Part shown: in pieces, positions 58,502 through 64,000 of the stretch
Layout of the letters: the number at the start of each line of letters is the position of its first letter
Position numbering within the stretch: the stretch's first letter is position 1
Made by a program: the position numbers and the translations under genes
Source: an uncultured Gammaproteobacteria bacterium
Lineage (GTDB): Bacteria > Pseudomonadota > Gammaproteobacteria > Steroidobacterales > Steroidobacteraceae
Assembly: GCA_963784225.1 (NCBI GenBank)
Contig: CAWAQN010000017.1
Location: forward strand, 151,272 to 215,271
DNA length: 64,000 nt
Reading direction: 5' to 3'
Notes under the pieces: generated by a model
Seen by the model: the letters and a program-made list of their open reading frames with translations, nothing else
Database searches by the model: none
What the model was told of the DNA's origin: nothing

Positions 58502-61500
58502 TTACGGATCGACGCGCACGATGGTCGGGTTGGGCAGGCCCGCAATGCCGCCATAGGCAACCGAACCCAGGTACTTCTGCCGGGCGTCAGGCCCGAGAAG
58601 GTCAGGCTGATCGTGCCGCGTGGTGCCGGTCACGGCGCCGCAGGAGCGCTGACCGCCATGTTGCCCGCCGCCGTGCTGCCGAGCAGCCAGGTGTGGAGCT
58701 TGAACGGGCTGGAGCCCGACCACGCCCCAACCCTGCACGACAACCGTATATGCCGCGGCCGCCGGGTTGAGCGAGGTTAACTTCCTCCGCCGATGTGCCC
58801 GAACCGCTCGAGCCGACTAATGTCGTGCCGCGGAAGACGCACATGTCGATGTCGGTGCCTGCATTGACGTCAGCATCGAACAGCGCGAAGCGCGCATACG
58901 TCGTGCCGGCCGGGATCGCAACTGGGATCAATCTGAGCATTCGGCGAGGTCAGCGAGCACGTGCTGTCGGTCGGATCGTCCGCGACCGTGCCGGCGTCGT
59001 GACGGCCGGGACGAGGCCACGAGGCGTTGCGGAGAACGCGCCGTCGTAACCGAAGGTCACGTTGTACGAACGGCGCGCCGGTCGGATACCTGCGCCGGTG
59101 CCGCCAAAGCGACCGGCCGCACGACGATCGGACTGCGCACGCTGTCGCTGCCGTCCGACCACGTCAACTGGCCGCCCGTGTAGGCGTTCAGCGTCGCGGT
59201 GGTACGCGTGAACGTGACCGTGAACGACTTCGTCTCGCCCGGCTGGCAGCGTCAGCGTCGACGGGCGACACCGACACAGTGAAGCCGGCCGGGCCGGTGA
59301 CGCTGATGCGTGTAGGTCGCCGGCGCGCCCCGACGTTCGTCACCCGGCGCGTGACCGTCTGCGCCCCGGCCAGGTCGCCGATCGCGATCGACGGCTACGT
59401 TCAGGTCGCTCGGATCGATCGAAAGCCAGTCGACAGGCGCAGCACAGACGCGACGCCAGCTGGCACGTGCCGCACAGGAAGGCCAGCCAGTCGTTGAAGC
59501 CCGAGTTGAAGACCAGGCCGGGATCGATCGCCTTCGGCGGTCGACGTGACCGGCGCCTTGCCGGAAGATCACCCGGGTTGGTGTTCGGGCGGGCGTGCCA
59601 CCGTCGAGCACGTCATAGCCGTCGTCATCAGCGCCGACTTGATCATCATCGGCGACCAGTTCGGATGCAGTTCCTTGAACAGCGCCGCGAGACCGGCCAC
59701 GTGCGGGCTCGACATCGAGGTGCCGCTGTAGAGGTCGAACAGCTTGCCGCTGTTTCCCGGAGGCGCGACGCCCGCGAGGATGTCCTGTGCCCGGAGCGAT
59801 CACGTCAGGCTTCAGCAGGTCGCCGCCGCCGGCATGCAGCGGGCCACGCGATGAGAACGACGCCGTCAGCGGCGCCGGCACGTTGAAGACGATCGTGGAC
59901 TGCGCGATGGACGCCGTCGCGCCCGGCGTGGCGGCGTACGCCTCGATCGCGGTGTAGTCCGCGTTACCGCACCGGCCCACGTGCACCGTCGGAACGAAGT
60001 GGAGGATCGCGCAGTTCAGGAGTTGTGCGGCGGCGTGTTGAGCAGGACCATGCCCGCGCCGCCAGCTTCAGCACGGCCTGGCTCTTGTTGACGCAGCACG
60101 TTGCCGCCGCGCTCGCAGACGACGATCTTGCCGGCGACCTTGGCCGGATCGAGCGTCGGCGGCGCGCCGCCGTTGTCCGTCGGCCGCGAAGCAAAGTGCG
60201 AGCCGCCGCTGCGTCGGCGCCCGGCAGGCCCGCGTCCTTCGATCGATCAGTGGCGCGCGCCGACGGCGTTCGCGACACGACGCGCCGGTGATGGTCGCGC
60301 CGTTGCCGAGCGTGACCGAGCCTACGCCGTTGCGATTGTGCGTGCCGGCGGCGACCGTCGTCAGCCACGGACCAGGGTGCGCGACCGTGCTGGTCGTCGG
60401 GCCGCTGTTGCCGGCCGAAGCCGCGACGAACACGCCCGCATCCGCGGCAAACAGGAACGCGACTTCGACGGGGTCGAGGAAGTTCGTCGTCGAGCCGCTG
60501 ATCGAGAAGTTCATGACGTCGACGCCGTCGGCCACGGCCTGGTCGATCGCCGCGACGCTGTCCGAGGAGAAGCAGCTGCCGCCGGTCGGCGTCTGCCAGC
60601 AGACCTTGTACGCCGCGATGCGTGCACGCGGCGCGATGCCGCTGATCTTGCCGAACGCCGCCGCGAGGCCGGTCGCCTGGACGTTGGCATTGCCGCCAGC
60701 CGTCGTCGAGGTGTGCGTGCCATGGCCGCCGTAGTCGCGCGGCGAGTTGAATTCCCAGGGCAACTGCGCGTCGATGCCCGCGTTGCCGCCCCAGCCCGCG
60801 TTGTAATAGCGCGCGCCGATCAGCTTCTGGTTGCAATTGGACGCGGTGAATGCTTCGCCCGGCACGCACTTGCCGTTCCAGCCAGGAATCTGCTGGTAGC
60901 CGAGCTTGCCGTCTTTGGTCGCGTTGCCGTTGACGCCCGTGCGATCCGAAAAGCTCGGGTGTTCCGGCCAGGCGCCGCCGTCGACGATGCCGATGATGAC
61001 GTTTTCGCCCTTGGCGCCGGTCGTGGCCCAGACGCCGTCCGCGCCGGTGAGGCCAAGGAAGTCAGGCGTGGTCGACGTGTCGAGTTCCAGCGCGACGTCT
61101 TTCTCGACCGCGAGCACGCCGGGCGTCGCTCGCAGCTTGGCGGCCTGCGCGTCGGTCAGGTCCGCTGCGAAGCCGTTGAACACATAGCCGTAGCTGTACA
61201 GCTTCTTGCCGCCGCCGACCGCCGCCGAGCACGGCGTCATGTCGCGATTCGAGATAGCGACTTGTAATTGATGACCTGCGGGCTGTACGGGTCGATCTTC
61301 TGGCCCTTGCGCAGCTTCGTCGCTGCATAGCCCTTGATGCTGCCGTCATAGGCAGACACCGGCATTTCGGCCAGCCGCACGATGTAAGCGTTGTTGGTGA
61401 CTTTCTTCGCCTGCGATTTCGACTCGGCGCCAGGCGCCGCGACGAGCGTCGGACACGGGAACTGACAATGCGGCAACGGCGCTGATCGCGGCCGTCGACA

Positions 61501-61529
61501 GCAATGTCAGGAACTGCTTCTTCGATCAT
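58502..61529 (-). pseudogene. Secreted S8 family serine peptidase (subtilase with I9 propeptide and PA-domain insert, ~1000 aa); many frame changes
   Basis: GGAGGAAT RBS then ATG at 61529, with a signal peptide. I9 piece 61237..61476. Asp VIIGIVDGG and His HGTHTSTTAGG in 60068..61240. Ser motif [13 protein letters not shown] encoded near 59690-59715. Confidence 0.8.
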
Positions 61530-61580
61530 GGATTCCTCCGGCAGGGCATTACGTTTGCTTGACACTTGGCAGTCGGGAGC

Positions 61581-61623
61581 GGGAACGACGCGCAACGATG
61601 CGCTGCATCGACGCGCGGTTCCC
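61581..61623. other. Long imperfect palindrome/hairpin in the S8 upstream region
   Basis: GGGAAC/GTTCCC (6 bp), CGCGC/GCGCG (5 bp) and CGATGC/GCATCG (6 bp) stack into a ~17-bp hairpin with a 3-nt loop. Lies 52-94 nt upstream of the S8 ATG. Confidence 0.5.
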
Positions 61624-61865
61624 TCGACTAAAAAGAACCTGACTCGCTCTGCGCGACGTGCAATGGTGCTTCCCCTCAGGTAACCCAGCCCTCTTGTTCT
61701 TGATTCGGATCAAGAGCTGTGATTTTGCGGCCCCGCCTCGCAGCGGGTGTGCCCTTCACGTTTGCCGTGAGGCGAAACTACGCCCGTGGTTTTTGGAAAG
61801 CAACTGCGTCACGTTTTGAATCGAGCGGTGTGACATAACGTGGTTGCCCGGGCCATCCGATCGGC

Positions 61866-61895
61866 AAAAAAAGAGCCCGGCTCGCGGCCGGGCTC
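61866..61895 (-). terminator. Rho-independent terminator downstream of the second S8 gene
   Basis: Stem GAGCCCGGC / GCCGGGCTC (61873-61895). A run of 7 A on the plus strand (61866-61872) gives a U-run on the minus strand. Lies 28 nt after the stop at 61923. Confidence 0.8.
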
Positions 61896-61922
61896 CGTAA
61901 GATTGCAGAACCGTAGCGCCGT

Positions 61923-64000
61923 TTACTTCGGCGCGTAGAGTCGCAGCGCCGCGGCCGCGTCGACCAGGCCAAAGCCAGAATCGAAGTCGTAGCCGTTGGG
62001 TCCAGTCTCCGTGACCGGGAACGTGATCAATGGCCGGTTCGAGATGAATCGCAGGTGTATCGGACGCGCGGTTTGCTCGAGCACCCGCCGGATATATTGC
62101 GGAGTTCCGCTCGCATCCTTGTCCCGCATCAGCGCCGCGACTGCGGCCACATGCGGCGCGGATGCCGACGTTCCGAAGAAGTTCGGGTACTCGTCACCGG
62201 GCCGGTCCAGCCTCGGGTGTGATGAAGGTACTGGTGGGACTGTTGAGCCCGTCTCGATCATCATCATCGTAACTCGAGTCGGTGAGGAAGAAAGTCGTAT
62301 TGCCGCCATCGGGGCCCGTGACGCTCGGGTTGCGACGAATCTCCGGCGCCGCGAGCCTGTCGGCCGAACCGGTCGAGGTAGATCGGTATGCGACCCGCCG
62401 ACGAGAAATCGTTCAGGCAGGCGGGACGGCAGGGGCTCAGGTCGATCCGCGGACGCAGCGTGTCATTCGGAGGCACATTGCCACTCGTGCTGAACGGCAC
62501 CGTCGCGTACCAGGAAGCCGCGCCGACCGAAACGTTGACCGGCCGCATTCGCGTGCCCGAAAGCCGTGCCACTGTGGGTATCGAAATGCGAGTGGCTCGA
62601 AGGCTCCCGCGAATTCGAACCAGTTGTATTTCACGACGTTGGGATCGGCGCCAGCCGAGACCACGAGACCGACGTACAGGTCTATGCGGTCTGTCGGGGG
62701 ACCGACATAAACGATTTCGGCGAGATCCACGGCGTCGCGGCCGATGTTGTCATCGCCGGTGAACTGGCACGTGATGACGGCCGGAAACGTCGCCGGACAA
62801 GGACGTATCGGCTGGCCGTCGGCGTTGAAAAACACGAGGTCCAGGTCACTGGTCGCGCCCCTGCTGCGGGCGGCGGCTTCGCCGAGGCTCGCGCCGGCCT
62901 TCACCCAGGCGTAGGTCGTCGCCGTCCGATGCGGCTGATCCCACTGGAAGGTGAACACGACGTCGCTGAACCCGTTGCTGGGGAAGAGCGCGATCGGCTG
63001 CAGGATCCTGTACTCCCGGGCCCGGGTCGAAGTCGTGGAAGCGGCGCGTATTCGCGTTCGGGTTGGTCGCCCTGTTCACACCGCGAAACGCGTTCTGGTA
63101 GGAGTCGCGTGCCTGGTTGCCGGCGGAGGAAAAGTACGGCACGCCGCGCTCGGTCACGATGTCGACGGCCTGCGCCACCATGCCGTCCATGAACATCGGC
63201 TCGGCGAAATAAATGACGTCATCGACGATCACGTCGGCGCCCGCTTCCTGGAGGTCGATGATGCCTTCCGCAAAATCGAGCTCGCTGTTGAACGCGGTGT
63301 GAAACGCGATGTTCGCACCGGGGGCGACGTCATGCACCAGCTGCGCCATGCGCTCGACCTTCGTCGCTGCCGTCGCCGCACGGGCCTTCGGAGAGGATGT
63401 GCACTCGCTGGGGCAGTTCATCATTCGAGATGTCCTCGTTCTTGGTCGAGTTCGGCGCGCCCGGCACGAACGCAGGCGGGTGGCAGGCGAAACTGTCCGA
63501 GAGCGTGCCGACGGTGATACCGGTACCGTCGACGCCGGCTTCATTGCGCGCGATCTGGGCACGCATGCTGACCACGCCTTGCGACACCGCTCTTGGCGGG
63601 CAACGCATTGGTTTTCGCCATGACCGGGCGTGCATACGCGAGAGCCTCGTCGGCCGCGAGGCGGCCCAAGGCACTGACGGGCACGCGCGCCGAGACCAGC
63701 GGCCCGACCGCACGCACGTGCGTCGCCCGAGTGCTCGCAGAGAACGGACCAACGCTTCGCCGTCGGTGGCCATTGCATCGACGCCGATCATGCCGTCCTG
63801 CGACACGCAGGGCCTTTTTGCTGTCGCGGAATGCCTGCTCGGTGACGCCAGCGCGACGCGACTCGAGATACGCGGCATAAAGATGGTCGAGCCGTGCACC
63901 GAGCTTCGCGTTCGGTGACTTCTTGAAGGCTAGCGAGCACCGAATCCGGATTGTCGGGCACCGGCTCCGCAAGAACTGGCCCTGCCGCGACCGCCAGTAG
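61923..64000 (-). pseudogene. Secreted S8 family serine peptidase, 5' end beyond window; many frame changes
   Basis: Asp motif GVDGTGITVGTLSDSF (63330..63899), DEGRA..QLVHDVAPGA and SSAGNQ (62846..63778), Ser motif FGTSASAPHVAAVAALM (61923..62309). Signal-like ..LLAVAAGPVLA at the window edge. Confidence 0.75.

Overview
GC-rich, gene-dense core-chromosome segment. It is most likely from a gammaproteobacterium, inferred from synteny only: dapF-DUF484-xerC-hslVU, ubiE-ubiJ-ubiB, algZ/algR upstream of hemCDXY, glnK-amtB, and a whole-pathway trpEGDCFBA operon with a Trp-codon leader. I recognise about 63 protein genes. They include a TetR-controlled RND efflux operon, a KefB/C-like K+ antiporter, a four-gene Mla/MCE-like ABC transporter and a HAMP-PAS-GGDEF-EAL protein. 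Also present are ubiquinone accessory genes (ubiE/J/B/K), heme genes (hemB/C/D/X/Y), aroE, prlC, xthA, tag, rlmJ, a LemA-GIDE pair and two large S8 serine peptidase genes. I saw no rRNA, tRNA, CRISPR array, IS/transposon, prophage or integron. The dominant anomaly is that roughly 39 of the ~63 genes (my count by eye) can only be read as full-length proteins by switching reading frame one to many times. These include presumably indispensable genes (hemB, hemC, ubiB, ubiE, all seven trp genes). Several multi-kb blocks are completely intact, so indel-type assembly or sequencing error is the parsimonious explanation and genuine pseudogenisation the alternative. Frame-broken genes are listed as 'pseudogene' over their full inferred span, and their boundaries are approximate. 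Unannotatable-by-ORF elements supported by sequence are an 18-codon trp leader peptide (Trp-Trp-Trp) with attenuator, a sigma54 promoter upstream of glnK-amtB, a TetR operator with an apparently leaderless promoter, and three clear intrinsic terminators. I did not find a convincing novel multi-gene system. The best leads, all modest, are the LemA-GIDE pair, the small Cys-containing lipoprotein next to the S8 peptidases with a long structured leader region, and an orphan HD-domain protein.
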